Shown: positions 30,361-40,264 of the stretch, in pieces
How the letters are laid out: every line of letters begins with the position of its first letter
Numbering within the stretch: position 1 is the first letter of the stretch
Assembly: GCA_965205865.1 (NCBI GenBank)
Contig: CBDBHR010000004.1
Coordinates: 1 to 64,000, forward strand
DNA length: 64,000 bases
Direction: 5' to 3'
DNA from: a bacterium
Lineage (GTDB): Bacteria > SAR324 > NAC60-12
Position numbers and translations under genes: made by a program
The notes under the pieces: generated by a model
Database searches by the model: none
What the model was told of the DNA's origin: nothing
The model's input: the letters and a program-made list of their open reading frames with translations, nothing else

Positions 30361-31385
30361 GTCACCTCCTGTACCTCCTGCGCCCGAAGTTCCACCTCGG
30401 ATTCTTGGACTGGATGACAGGCAATTCTTTCAATCCACGTCACAACTTGATTGTAAGCCCCTTCCATCTCCGCACGGGTGGACAGACCTTTCGCATATTT
30501 GACCAAATCCGATTTTTGAGTGAGAAAGACAATCTGTTCGTGCTCTTCAGCGGTGTAGGGCGTCTCTGACTGCAAGAGAGGGAGAATTTCCTGAGTGGTC
30601 ATGCTGCTTGCCGGAAAATCGAATTGATTTTCCAGATATTCTCGAAAAATTTCAGACAGCGCCAAATAGTAGTGTTGCACTTGCCGTGGATTTGTCAAAA
30701 TAAATTGTTTCAATTCTTGTAAACGGCGCAGGGCTCTCTGATTAGGCGCTTCTTCTTCCTCGACCAATACCGGGGGCTTCCTACGTTTGTAAAACAGATA
30801 GCCCAAGACCCCGAGTATTACAGCAACTCCTCCAACCAAGAGCCAAATCCAGGTCTTGGTAAAGGGAGAAGGTGGCAACTCCTGGTTGATTTTCAAAACA
30901 GGCGGTTGCGGGTTTTGTGGATCCGATTGAAAGAAAGAGCGTACTGTAAATGTCTGCATCTCCGTCTTTCCCTGATAGCGAACAGGGTGTTGAGTACCTT
31001 CAGTCGGCAGGCTTTCTATTTCTATTTCGGGAATAGCCCAGGTGCCCTCCTGCGCAGGCCAAAGGCGCCAGGACCAACGTGTTGTCGGTATCTTCTCCTC
31101 ATAAAAGAGCCACAGATCGGCGAACAAGGAAGATTCTTCGGCTTGTCCCTGTATGTGAGGAGCAAATTCCACCAGTTCGACATCGAAACCTTCCGGTATA
31201 TAATCTTCCAGCGTCACCGGCTGCAATTGCAGGTGTGGAGGATGGGTTACTTCGATCTGATAAATGAGGAAATCCCCGGTCGTGAGAGTTTTTTTATCTA
31301 TTGCGGCGGTGATTTCGAGTGTTTCCGCCGAACTGTGTCCGATTGTCACGAAAAGTAAAACGGTCAGCATACTGATACGTTTCAT
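30357..31385 (-). CDS. Membrane-anchored Bat-operon-associated protein
   Basis: Signal peptide, single TM, YLALSEIFREYLE..TTQE..DLVKYAK C-terminal domain; coupled to batA. Confidence 0.75.
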   Translation of the reverse strand: MKRISMLTVLLFVTIGHSSAETLEITAAIDKKTLTTGDFLIYQIEVTHPPHLQLQPVTLEDYIPEGFDVELVEFAPHIQGQAEESSLFADLWLFYEEKIPTTRWSWRLWPAQEGTWAIPEIEIESLPTEGTQHPVRYQGKTEMQTFTVRSFFQSDPQNPQPPVLKINQELPPSPFTKTWIWLLVGGVAVILGVLGYLFYKRRKPPVLVEEEEAPNQRALRRLQELKQFILTNPRQVQHYYLALSEIFREYLENQFDFPASSMTTQEILPLLQSETPYTAEEHEQIVFLTQKSDLVKYAKGLSTRAEMEGAYNQVVTWIERIACHPVQESEVELRAQEVQEVT

Positions 31386-31768
31386 TGCTTTCTCTTTTCA
31401 ATTTCCCTCGCCCCCTCTTTGCCGAAGGGCGGATGGATTATCGCCAAGACACTCTGATAAAGGGGGAACAGGTTTTCGCCAAGACATCAAATACGAGAAT
31501 TCGAGTATACAATCGATTCAAAATCATGTCCAGCCTGTCCCCCGCAGATTTCAGGGGCCTCCCTCCGGATGGTGTTTCCGGGTGTCGAGGATCAAATCAA
31601 GAGTTTGCAACTCAATTCAGGCTGGGATACGATAGAGTTTTCAGTCGGAAAGTCGTACAATGCCAATTCAAAAACTTCGTCTGAAATGGAGGATGGCAGG
31701 CTGAGTTCGGACTTCTCACTAACGCGAAATTCCTACTGTTTCAACATGCAATTTTACTGCAGGAAATT

Positions 31769-32627
31769 ATGATCAAGACAAAGACAAACAAGGAAGAGTC
31801 ATCTGCTAAAGTTACGCTGGTCCATCAAACAGATAAGCTTTCCAAAGCGAAATATGAAAAACACTTGGCCAAGCTGCACGTTGAGTTGGTCAAACTGCAA
31901 TATTGGATCAAACAAAAAGGTCTGCAAGTAGTCATTGTTTTTGAAGGTCGTGACGCGGCGGGCAAGTTTCAACATGGGGGGGACCATCAAGCGGATCATC
32001 GAACCTTTGAATCCCAGGGGTTGTACGGTTGTCGCCCTGGACAAGCCTTCCGACCGAGAGAAAACTCAATGGTACTTTCAGCGTTACGCGCACCATCTTC
32101 CGGGCGCAGGAGAAATGGTGCTTTTCGACAGAAGCTGGTACAATCGCGCTGGTGTGGAACGGGTGATGGGATTCTGCAGCAACCAGGAATACAAAGAATT
32201 TCTGCGGTCCTGTCCGGAATTCGAACGAATGCTGGTTCGTTCAGGAATTATCGTCCTCAAATACTGGTTTTCCGTCAGCGATGAAGAACAAGAACGGCGA
32301 TTCCGAGACAGAACACTCAATCCCCTCAAACGCTGGAAATTTTCTTCTATGGATTTGGAGTCCCGCAAACGCTGGGTTAAATATTCCCAGGCAAAAGATG
32401 AGATGTTTTTCTACACGGATATCAACGAAGCGCCTTGGTATGTGATTGAATCCGATGACAAGCGGCGGGCACGTTTGAATTGCATCAACCATATTTTAAA
32501 TAGTATTCCCTACAAAGACATCATCCCGAAATCATTCAACTTGCCACCGCTGCCGAAAGGGACTGTCGAAGGCTACCAGCGCCCGCCCAAGGAATCGCAG
32601 CATTTTGTAACGGAGTTTGACAAGTAA
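31769..32627 (+). pseudogene. ppk2: Polyphosphate kinase 2, frameshifted by an insertion in the P-loop
   Basis: FEGRDAAGK | GGTIKR, QWYFQRY, FDRSWYNRAGVERVMGF; extra 10 nt at 31967-31976. Confidence 0.88.
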
Positions 32628-32648
32628 GACTTTTTCTTTTGAACACCC

Positions 32649-33116
32649 ATGGGTCAGGAAATCGAACGAAAATTTCGTATCCAACGTCAGACAGTTCCAC
32701 AGGGAGAAGGTATTCCAATCAAACAAGGCTATCTTCCCTCTGCAGGCGTATGTGAAGTTCGAGTCCGGGTTGCGGGTGACAAAGCCTTTCTAACCCTGAA
32801 AAGCAAAAACGAGGGAACCACCCGCCAGGAATTTGAATACCCCTTGCCGGTTTCTGACGCAAAACAAATACTATCCGCATTCTGTGCCACTTTCGTGGAA
32901 AAAACACGATACAAAGTGGAACATGGAGGGCATACCTGGGACGTCGATATCTTTCGGGGAGACAATGAGGGTTTGGCACTGGCGGAAATCGAACTGCAAT
33001 GCGAAACTGAAACTTTTCAGAAACCCGGGTGGGTTGATGAAGAGGTGACCGGAGATATCCGATTTTACAATGCCCACCTGGCTGCCCATCCTTTCAAGCA
33101 ATGGCAGGAAAAATAG
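32649..33116 (+). CDS. CYTH domain protein (triphosphate tunnel metalloenzyme)
   Basis: EIERKF, QGYL, RVR, EFEY, EKTRY, AEIEL, EEVTGD. Confidence 0.92.
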   Translation: MGQEIERKFRIQRQTVPQGEGIPIKQGYLPSAGVCEVRVRVAGDKAFLTLKSKNEGTTRQEFEYPLPVSDAKQILSAFCATFVEKTRYKVEHGGHTWDVDIFRGDNEGLALAEIELQCETETFQKPGWVDEEVTGDIRFYNAHLAAHPFKQWQEK

Positions 33117-33128
33117 GAGCGCAGACTT

Positions 33129-33872
33129 TCATAAACCCAGCAGACTGATTTCTTTCCACAACTCACTGAAGGCTTGCGCTGCTCTTTTTCGCGGGGCAAA
33201 ACGAACCACTACTTCCCGCAATAAACCCATCTTCTCCACATCTGAAGAATAGGGAATACGACTGTTCAGGGTGTCGGGATATGTTCGCGGGAACTGTTCA
33301 ATCACCTCTCGATGCAGCTTTTTACGCCGGTCCACCATCGAAAAGAAAGGAAATATCTTCAGATGATTCAGTCGATGATCTACGCAAAACTGGAACAACT
33401 GATTGAAGGTGCGAAGCGAAAGAGGAGTTGGAATAACGGGGACCAGCATGACTTCGGAGAATTGCAATACGTTCTCTGAAACCAAAGTCATACTCGGAGG
33501 GCAGTCGAGAAACAGGACATCATAATCCTCACTCAATGGTTTGAGAATTTGATGAAACTGCAGGGTTGGTTTCTTCATTTGATCCAGGAGGAGATCCATG
33601 TAGCGATAGGAAAAATCGGCAGGGATCAAATCAAGATTTTCAAAATCCGATCCTTTGATCAAGGTGTCGATCTTACGCTTCCTGCGAATCAGGGACTTGC
33701 TCCCTCCTTTGATTTTGGGAGTGACGCGAAAATAAAAACTGGAAGCTCCTTGCGGGTCCAGATCCCAAAGCAAAGTACGGGCGCCTTGTTCCGCAGCAAG
33801 GTATGCCAGGTTAACTGCCGCTGCCGTTTTGCCCACTCCGCCCTTGATATTGTAAATGGCAATTTTTTTCAT
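33129..33872 (-). CDS. ParA/MinD family ATPase
   Basis: KGGVGKT deviant Walker A, DLDPQG, DCPP. Confidence 0.92.
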   Translation of the reverse strand: MKKIAIYNIKGGVGKTAAAVNLAYLAAEQGARTLLWDLDPQGASSFYFRVTPKIKGGSKSLIRRKRKIDTLIKGSDFENLDLIPADFSYRYMDLLLDQMKKPTLQFHQILKPLSEDYDVLFLDCPPSMTLVSENVLQFSEVMLVPVIPTPLSLRTFNQLFQFCVDHRLNHLKIFPFFSMVDRRKKLHREVIEQFPRTYPDTLNSRIPYSSDVEKMGLLREVVVRFAPRKRAAQAFSELWKEISLLGL

Positions 33873-35458
33873 ATGCCTTTCTTGCGGGCGTTTCCCTTGC
33901 GAAACAAGCGCTTGAAGTGTTTTTGATGGTCAGTGGAAGCGAATTCTTCAAAACGGGTTTGAAAAACCCGGCGGGCTTGTGTTTGCTGGTTTTTGAGATC
34001 TTTCACCAGCATCCCCAAAGCCATATGGGTATTGGGGGAACCATGACTATTGCCGGTAATTTGTTCTCCAAAATCCATCAGAGAACTCCATTGCACCTGA
34101 TAATCCTGGAATTCTCCCAGATTATCCTGCAATCGTTTCAGCACCTTGATTAAAAATCTGATTTCTTCCGCTGGATACAGACTCTGAAAAAATTCCATCA
34201 AATAGCGCAGCTTTTTACATGTTTTACGCAGTTCATGCATTATTTCTTCAGGGGTGTCCGGCTTGATGGAACCTCCATCGCGCAGGATGCGCCGGTAGAC
34301 CCGCCAGATTCGCTCGCTGGCCACCTCGTACACGGGTTGTTGCGCAGGTAACGAAGGACTTTCCGGAAAAAAAGGCCTTTTCAAAAACTGATTCCATTCT
34401 TTTAAAAAGCGACGATAACGGGGCGAATCCAAGGCTTTCAGCAGATTCAGATGCTCACTACGTTTTTCTCTTTGCAGTAACTCTCGCAAGGGTTCCAAAT
34501 CATCACGCAGTTCCTGCGGAAGTTCTGCTTGATAGTCATCGAATTTCAACAAATAAACATCCAAATCCCGCAGCCTGCTCGTCACTTGTCCCAGCCAGGC
34601 AAAATCCTGCCGGAAACGAGCAAGTGGCTTTTGCGGAAAAACCTGCTTCAATTGTCCCAACCCGGAGCGAATACGGCGGACGGCTACCCGGAAATCATGT
34701 AGAAATTCCGAATCCAGATCTTGGCGCAGGCCGCTTTCATTTTTCTCCAAGGTCTGCAGTAAATATGTGAATATCAATTTGAGTGCTTGTTCCGTGGTTA
34801 GTGCCGGAGCAAGAGGGGGATCCAATTTGGCGGCAAAACTCCCAGGATCGATATCGAGCAGGGCCAAGGCCTGTTCCATGGGAGTGTGCTTCATTTTCTG
34901 CATGTTCGCGATGCCCGTTAAAATCCGGGAAACCGGTTCCTTGTATCCCCTGACCGGCATCAATCTCAGGCATTTTCCCAACGCATGAGCTTTCCTGTGT
35001 TTGGGTGTGAGCAAGGTGTTTTCTTCACAAAACGCTTGCAGCACCATCTTTCGCTCCTTATTCAACAGTTTAAGAGGATGAATATCGCTTTTGATGGTAA
35101 TTTGAGGGAGCAGTGCTCTCACTTCCAGGATCGGTTCCAGGCGTTTTTTGAATGGACCGGCAGGAAAGTCCCAAATGAATTGTGGCATCACGGAAACCGG
35201 CACGCTGCCTAAACTTTGTCCACTATCTCGATCAAGCCAACGCAGCCTCAATTTCCCTTTTTCTATCATCTCGACTTCAAGCATCCCTCCGCTTTGATAG
35301 ATCCTCCAATCGAAGCTGTCGTAATAGACACGACGGACGGACCTTACCGGACCTTCATCAAATGAGAACTGTTTTTTCAATTTCAGCTTGGTGTCGGAAA
35401 GCGGTTGTTTTCCGGGAATGACGAATCGTGAGTTTTCTTGCGTTATTTGTGCGGACAT
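33869..35458 (-). CDS. CHAD domain protein
   Basis: LHDFRVAVRRIRS, RDLDV, HELRKTCKKLRY, LQDNLGEFQD. Confidence 0.92.
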   Translation of the reverse strand: MSAQITQENSRFVIPGKQPLSDTKLKLKKQFSFDEGPVRSVRRVYYDSFDWRIYQSGGMLEVEMIEKGKLRLRWLDRDSGQSLGSVPVSVMPQFIWDFPAGPFKKRLEPILEVRALLPQITIKSDIHPLKLLNKERKMVLQAFCEENTLLTPKHRKAHALGKCLRLMPVRGYKEPVSRILTGIANMQKMKHTPMEQALALLDIDPGSFAAKLDPPLAPALTTEQALKLIFTYLLQTLEKNESGLRQDLDSEFLHDFRVAVRRIRSGLGQLKQVFPQKPLARFRQDFAWLGQVTSRLRDLDVYLLKFDDYQAELPQELRDDLEPLRELLQREKRSEHLNLLKALDSPRYRRFLKEWNQFLKRPFFPESPSLPAQQPVYEVASERIWRVYRRILRDGGSIKPDTPEEIMHELRKTCKKLRYLMEFFQSLYPAEEIRFLIKVLKRLQDNLGEFQDYQVQWSSLMDFGEQITGNSHGSPNTHMALGMLVKDLKNQQTQARRVFQTRFEEFASTDHQKHFKRLFRKGNARKKGI

Positions 35459-35498
35459 TTTGCCGTCAGTATTGTTTTTAGTCTTCTGCGGAACCTTT

Positions 35499-36803
35499 TC
35501 AGTTTGTCTGATTTTGGGTGGCGGATTTTTCGGGCGCCTGGTCGGGGTAATGATCCGTTTTGGAACGAAGTTGAAAAGAAAGCAGCAAAGCCACCACGAG
35601 AGTGGCCACCACTAAATCCATCGTGGCCACAATTCCCCACTGGTCCGCCAATCCACCAATGGGTCCGATTATCAATGCCCCTACGCCCCATCCGAAGCCC
35701 ATCGTGATCGCGGACGCCGTACTGGCATGACCAGGAAGTTTTTCCTGAGCATATGCGACCACCACCGGATTGTTTCCAACCAGCATGAATCCGCCCAACA
35801 TCAAGAATAAAAAGGATAGCACCCCTTCCGTGTGAAGGAAAACAAAGAGAGCGGGCAAAGCGATCAGCAAGGAAATAACTACTACCGGACGGCGACCATA
35901 ACGATCTGAAAGCGGTCCTCCAGCCATGATGCCGAATACCCCTGCTACCAAAAACAAGGACAATCCCAGGCTTGAGAAAAGATACGAATGTCCGCGTTCC
36001 TCCAGCAAAATGATCGTGAAGACCATCAAGCTCAAATAGACGACGTGCCGGGATACCACGATCAACCAGGGTATCCACAATGCTTTGATGGCCTCCCATG
36101 GTATGGTTGAGTCGATCCCACAATATTGAACAATCGATCGGGCGGGAACCCTTGGGTGGGAACTCTCAGACCGCGGAGTTTTGCCGGAACTTCGAATGCC
36201 GGAATGCATAGCCCGTTTCAGCACAACAAGTGCGACCAAAATCATTGACAACAACAGCCAGGAGCCTCCTTCCAGACCCAAGGTCTCGTACATCAAGGCC
36301 GAAGCCAGGGGTCCCAGGGAAAATCCGGCGGTGCCACAGGCGATGAATAGCGCAATGGTCAACCCCCTCTGATTGGGTGCAAGCGCACCGGCTACAGCAG
36401 TGGCCCCCGGATGGAACATAGCGGTTCCAAGACCAGCGATTGCGACTGCCACCATCAGCAACCAATAATTCGCCAAGAGTCCTGCCAGACTCAAGAATAT
36501 CCCGGTCAAAGCGATGCCGACGAACATGAAGTTGAAACGTCGAAAGCGATCGTTGAGCACACCAAAGATGAGTTGAGCAAATGAACCGGCAATGAGGAAA
36601 CCGGAGGCAAGAAAACCCACCAATGCTAACGACAGGTCCAGCTTGACAAGTAAGATGGGAAGCAGCGCCGGCAAAATATTCGCGTAAAAATCATTGGTGA
36701 AGTGTCCCAGCAAAACCGGCCAAATCCGCTTTCCGAGCAGGATTGAATTTCGAAGCGAGCGGCGGGGACTAAGCGAATTACTGCCGATGGTATTGACTGA
36801 CAT
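35499..36803 (-). CDS. MFS transporter (Fsr-like)
   Basis: GHFTNDFY, multiple TMs, FHP, LSDRYGRR. Confidence 0.88.
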   Translation of the reverse strand: MSVNTIGSNSLSPRRSLRNSILLGKRIWPVLLGHFTNDFYANILPALLPILLVKLDLSLALVGFLASGFLIAGSFAQLIFGVLNDRFRRFNFMFVGIALTGIFLSLAGLLANYWLLMVAVAIAGLGTAMFHPGATAVAGALAPNQRGLTIALFIACGTAGFSLGPLASALMYETLGLEGGSWLLLSMILVALVVLKRAMHSGIRSSGKTPRSESSHPRVPARSIVQYCGIDSTIPWEAIKALWIPWLIVVSRHVVYLSLMVFTIILLEERGHSYLFSSLGLSLFLVAGVFGIMAGGPLSDRYGRRPVVVISLLIALPALFVFLHTEGVLSFLFLMLGGFMLVGNNPVVVAYAQEKLPGHASTASAITMGFGWGVGALIIGPIGGLADQWGIVATMDLVVATLVVALLLSFQLRSKTDHYPDQAPEKSATQNQTN

Positions 36804-36804
36804 A

Positions 36805-38142
36805 TTATCTCTGATTGGGATTGGTGAGACCATAGGCATGTTCACCATGAAGAGAAGCGTCCATTCCCGTCACTTCTTGTTCTTCGTTGATTCGGAAACC
36901 CACCGTCTTTTGCACTACAAAGCAAATAATCCAAGTGCCTATCAATGCAGTGACGACGGTTGCGCCCAGCCCCAATAATTGCACAAAAAACTGATCTATC
37001 ATATTCCAGCCTGTGATCCGGACAGTCGAATTTGCTTCTTCCATCCAACTGTCTCGGATAAAAAACGCGAGCAACAAAACTCCCAAACCACTACCCACGC
37101 CGTGGATACCGAAGCAGTCAAGACTGTCATCATAGCCAAACTTATTTTTCATTCTAAATGCGTAGAAACAGGCCATCGAAGACAAGGCTCCCAAGGCGAG
37201 TGCACCTGTTGGTTGAACCACTCCTGCCGCAGGCGTAATTGCCACCAGACCCGCCAATATTCCGGAAACAAAACCAAGGGAGGTGGCTCTTCGGAACATT
37301 ATGGCTTCGATAATGATCCACATCAAAGCGCCACTGGCAGCTGAAATCTGGGTCATCGTCAGCGCCCGTGCCGTTTCCAATCCACTTTGAACCGTGGAGC
37401 CGGCATTGAAGCCGAACCAACCCACCCAGAGAAGTCCGGCTCCCAACAAGGTGATGGTCATATTATTTGGATGCATGGCGGTTCTGGGATAACCCTGGCG
37501 TGGCCCCAAAAACAATGCAACCGCCAATGCGCTGAAACCTGCGGAAACGTGGATTACCAGTCCCCCGGCCAAATCAATAACACCGGAGGGACCCACATTG
37601 GCGAGCCACCCATCCGATGCCCAGACCCAATGGCACAAGGGACTGTAGACCAGCAGCATCCAGAGTACGACGAATAAGCAGTAACCACGGAATGAAACGC
37701 GCTCTGCCAGCGCTCCACTGATCAGGGCGGGCGCGATGATAGCAAACTTGCCCTGAAACATGGCCAGCACGTACTCAGGCACCCCATCCGTGATCGTGTC
37801 GTCAATTCCTTTCAGGAAAAAATAATCATTATTCCAACCCACAAAACCACCCAGGATATTGCTACCAAAGGTGAGGGAATAACCACAAACCGTCCACAAC
37901 ACGCCGACTATGGCCATTGCCACAAAACTGTGCATCATCGTGCCCAACACATTTTTTGTCCTTACCAACCCCCCATAGAACAAGGCCAGTCCGGGAGTCA
38001 TCAGCAAAACAAGGGCAGTCGAGGTAAGCATCCAGGCAGTGGTTCCGGTATCCACTGCATTTTCTTCTGCCGCCAAAACGATTTGTGGCAACAAGAAAAA
38101 AATTGCGCCTGCCAATGTTACTTTGTTTATTGCTCCTCTCAT
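36805..38142 (-). CDS. amtB: Ammonium transporter
   Basis: LMTPGLALFYGG, DLAGGLVIH, GWFGFNAGS, DDSLDCFGIHG. Confidence 0.95.
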   Translation of the reverse strand: MRGAINKVTLAGAIFFLLPQIVLAAEENAVDTGTTAWMLTSTALVLLMTPGLALFYGGLVRTKNVLGTMMHSFVAMAIVGVLWTVCGYSLTFGSNILGGFVGWNNDYFFLKGIDDTITDGVPEYVLAMFQGKFAIIAPALISGALAERVSFRGYCLFVVLWMLLVYSPLCHWVWASDGWLANVGPSGVIDLAGGLVIHVSAGFSALAVALFLGPRQGYPRTAMHPNNMTITLLGAGLLWVGWFGFNAGSTVQSGLETARALTMTQISAASGALMWIIIEAIMFRRATSLGFVSGILAGLVAITPAAGVVQPTGALALGALSSMACFYAFRMKNKFGYDDSLDCFGIHGVGSGLGVLLLAFFIRDSWMEEANSTVRITGWNMIDQFFVQLLGLGATVVTALIGTWIICFVVQKTVGFRINEEQEVTGMDASLHGEHAYGLTNPNQR

Positions 38143-38313
38143 AGTTCCTCCTCAACAATTAAAAGCACTCAAAAAATCTTCTTCACTGAATTTCGATCAA
38201 AAATATTGAATCATAATTCTGTTTTTAAAAACCCGGTTCTCATTTAGCATTTATACCAGTCGATTTCAATCTTTAAAGAATGTTCCGTCGTTTCAACCCC
38301 TCAGGACAGCAGA

Positions 38314-39864
38314 TTACACGACGTGACGATCGAGGCTGCGATATTGAATGGCTTCCGTAATGTGAGGCGTTTCGATGGTTTCGGTCTCAGAAAGATCGGC
38401 AATGGTGCGAGCCACTTTGAGGATACGGTCATAGGCCCGAGCGCTCAAGCCCAACTTGTTCATGGCCGTCTCCAAGATTTTTCGGGCTGCAGGAATGGGC
38501 TGGGCAAATTGATCGCTTTCTTTGGGTGTCATATTCGCATTGTTGCGGGTCGTCGAGTCTTGAAAACGAGTGAGTTGGATGGCGCGGGCTTGAATGATCC
38601 GTTTACGAATGGAAGCGGATGATTCTCCTTTGCGTCGATCAGAAAGTTGGTCATATTCCACTGCAGGCACCGACAATTGAAGGTCAATGCGATCAAGCAA
38701 TGGTCCCGAGATTTTGGAGCGGTATTTTTCGATCCGGATTGGATTGCAGTGGCATTCTTTAAGCTGGACGGTCAATCCCGAAGCCCTACTGCCAAAATAA
38801 CCGCATGGGCAAGGATTCATGGCTGCCAATAACAAAAAGTCACAAGGAAACTCCAATGACATTGCTGCCCGGGCGATAATGATTTTGTGATCTTCCAGGG
38901 GTTGCCGCAACAATTCCAAAACCCCTCGGGGAAATTCCGGCAGTTCGTCTAAAAATAAAACACCATTGTGTGCCAACGAAATTTCCCCGGGTCCCGGAAT
39001 ACTCCCACCTCCCACCAAACCAGGGGACGAAATGGTATGATGCGGGGAACGAAAAGCACGAGTTGCCAATAAAGCTGTTTCTTCCGGAAGAAGACCGGCG
39101 ATGCTGTGTATTTTGGTCGTTTCCAATGATTCTTCCAGGGAAGGATAAGGCAAAATGGAAGCCATCCGGCGAGCCAGCATGGTTTTGCCGGACCCGGGGG
39201 GGCCCATCATCAATAGATTGTGATTCCCTGCCGCAGCCACTTCCATGGCGCGTTTGACATGTTCCTGTCCTTTGACGTCCTGAAAATCTTCCACGTAGGT
39301 TTGACTTTTCTCGAACAGCGTCCCGATTTGATATTCGTTTTGCTGAATGACCAGGTTCCCTTGAAGATAGCGCGCCACGTCGCTCAACGACGTGACAGGG
39401 ATGCGGGGAATCTCTGCAACCACGGCAGCTTCCGCTTCATTGGATTTGGGAAGAATCAATCCTTTCATTCCATATTCCCGGGCAGCCACCGCAATGGGCA
39501 AGACACCGCGAATCGGACGAATGGTGCCATCCAGGGAAAGTTCTCCCACAATCATGTAATCATGCAACATCTCCGCAGAAAAGATGCCCAGGGCACCCAA
39601 CAATGCCACTGCAATGGGTAGGTCGAATCCGGAACCAATTTTACGTAAATTGGCGGGTGCCAGATTGACAATAACCTTGCGCACCGGCATACTAATTCCG
39701 GAGTTGGTGATCGCCGTCATCACCCGGTCTCGACTCTCACGGATCGAATTGTCCGGCAGTCCCACTATGTTGAACACGCTCAACCCGAACGATACGTCGA
39801 CTTCCACGTCAATCGGATGAGCATTGATACCCAATACAGTTGCAGAATAGGTTTTGGCAATCAT
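38314..39864 (-). CDS. comM: YifB/ComM Mg-chelatase-like ATPase
   Basis: IVGLPD, NLAPA, GPPGSGKT, FRSPHH, LAHNGVLFLDELPEF, NPCPCG. Confidence 0.93.
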   Translation of the reverse strand: MIAKTYSATVLGINAHPIDVEVDVSFGLSVFNIVGLPDNSIRESRDRVMTAITNSGISMPVRKVIVNLAPANLRKIGSGFDLPIAVALLGALGIFSAEMLHDYMIVGELSLDGTIRPIRGVLPIAVAAREYGMKGLILPKSNEAEAAVVAEIPRIPVTSLSDVARYLQGNLVIQQNEYQIGTLFEKSQTYVEDFQDVKGQEHVKRAMEVAAAGNHNLLMMGPPGSGKTMLARRMASILPYPSLEESLETTKIHSIAGLLPEETALLATRAFRSPHHTISSPGLVGGGSIPGPGEISLAHNGVLFLDELPEFPRGVLELLRQPLEDHKIIIARAAMSLEFPCDFLLLAAMNPCPCGYFGSRASGLTVQLKECHCNPIRIEKYRSKISGPLLDRIDLQLSVPAVEYDQLSDRRKGESSASIRKRIIQARAIQLTRFQDSTTRNNANMTPKESDQFAQPIPAARKILETAMNKLGLSARAYDRILKVARTIADLSETETIETPHITEAIQYRSLDRHVV

Positions 39865-40264
39865 AGTGGTTCGCAACGTTAACAAGGAGGAGTTCCAACT
39901 TTGGACCTGTCCTCGGCGGGATCATTTTTACGGATGAGAGGTATTCGTCCATAACTCTATCCCAGGCCATCTTCTCAGTAAAGTAAAAAGATAAACCCAG
40001 CTATCTTGTTGAATCTCCTCATCCCATTGAATCCCGACCTCGAGGGGAAGTGGAAGTCAAGCGGTTTGTGGTCTCGATTGAAGAGATTTTGACAACAAAG
40101 TTCAATACGAAGATTTTTTTCAATTAGAGTTTGAAATTTCCATTCATTCAATTTAGATTAGGAACTCGATTTTTACGAGACGCCGCCTTCAAGTCTGAGA
40201 GGACCAATAGTAGGCTTTCGCATATCTTACCGGAAATGATTACCCATCACATAAAGGAAAAAAA

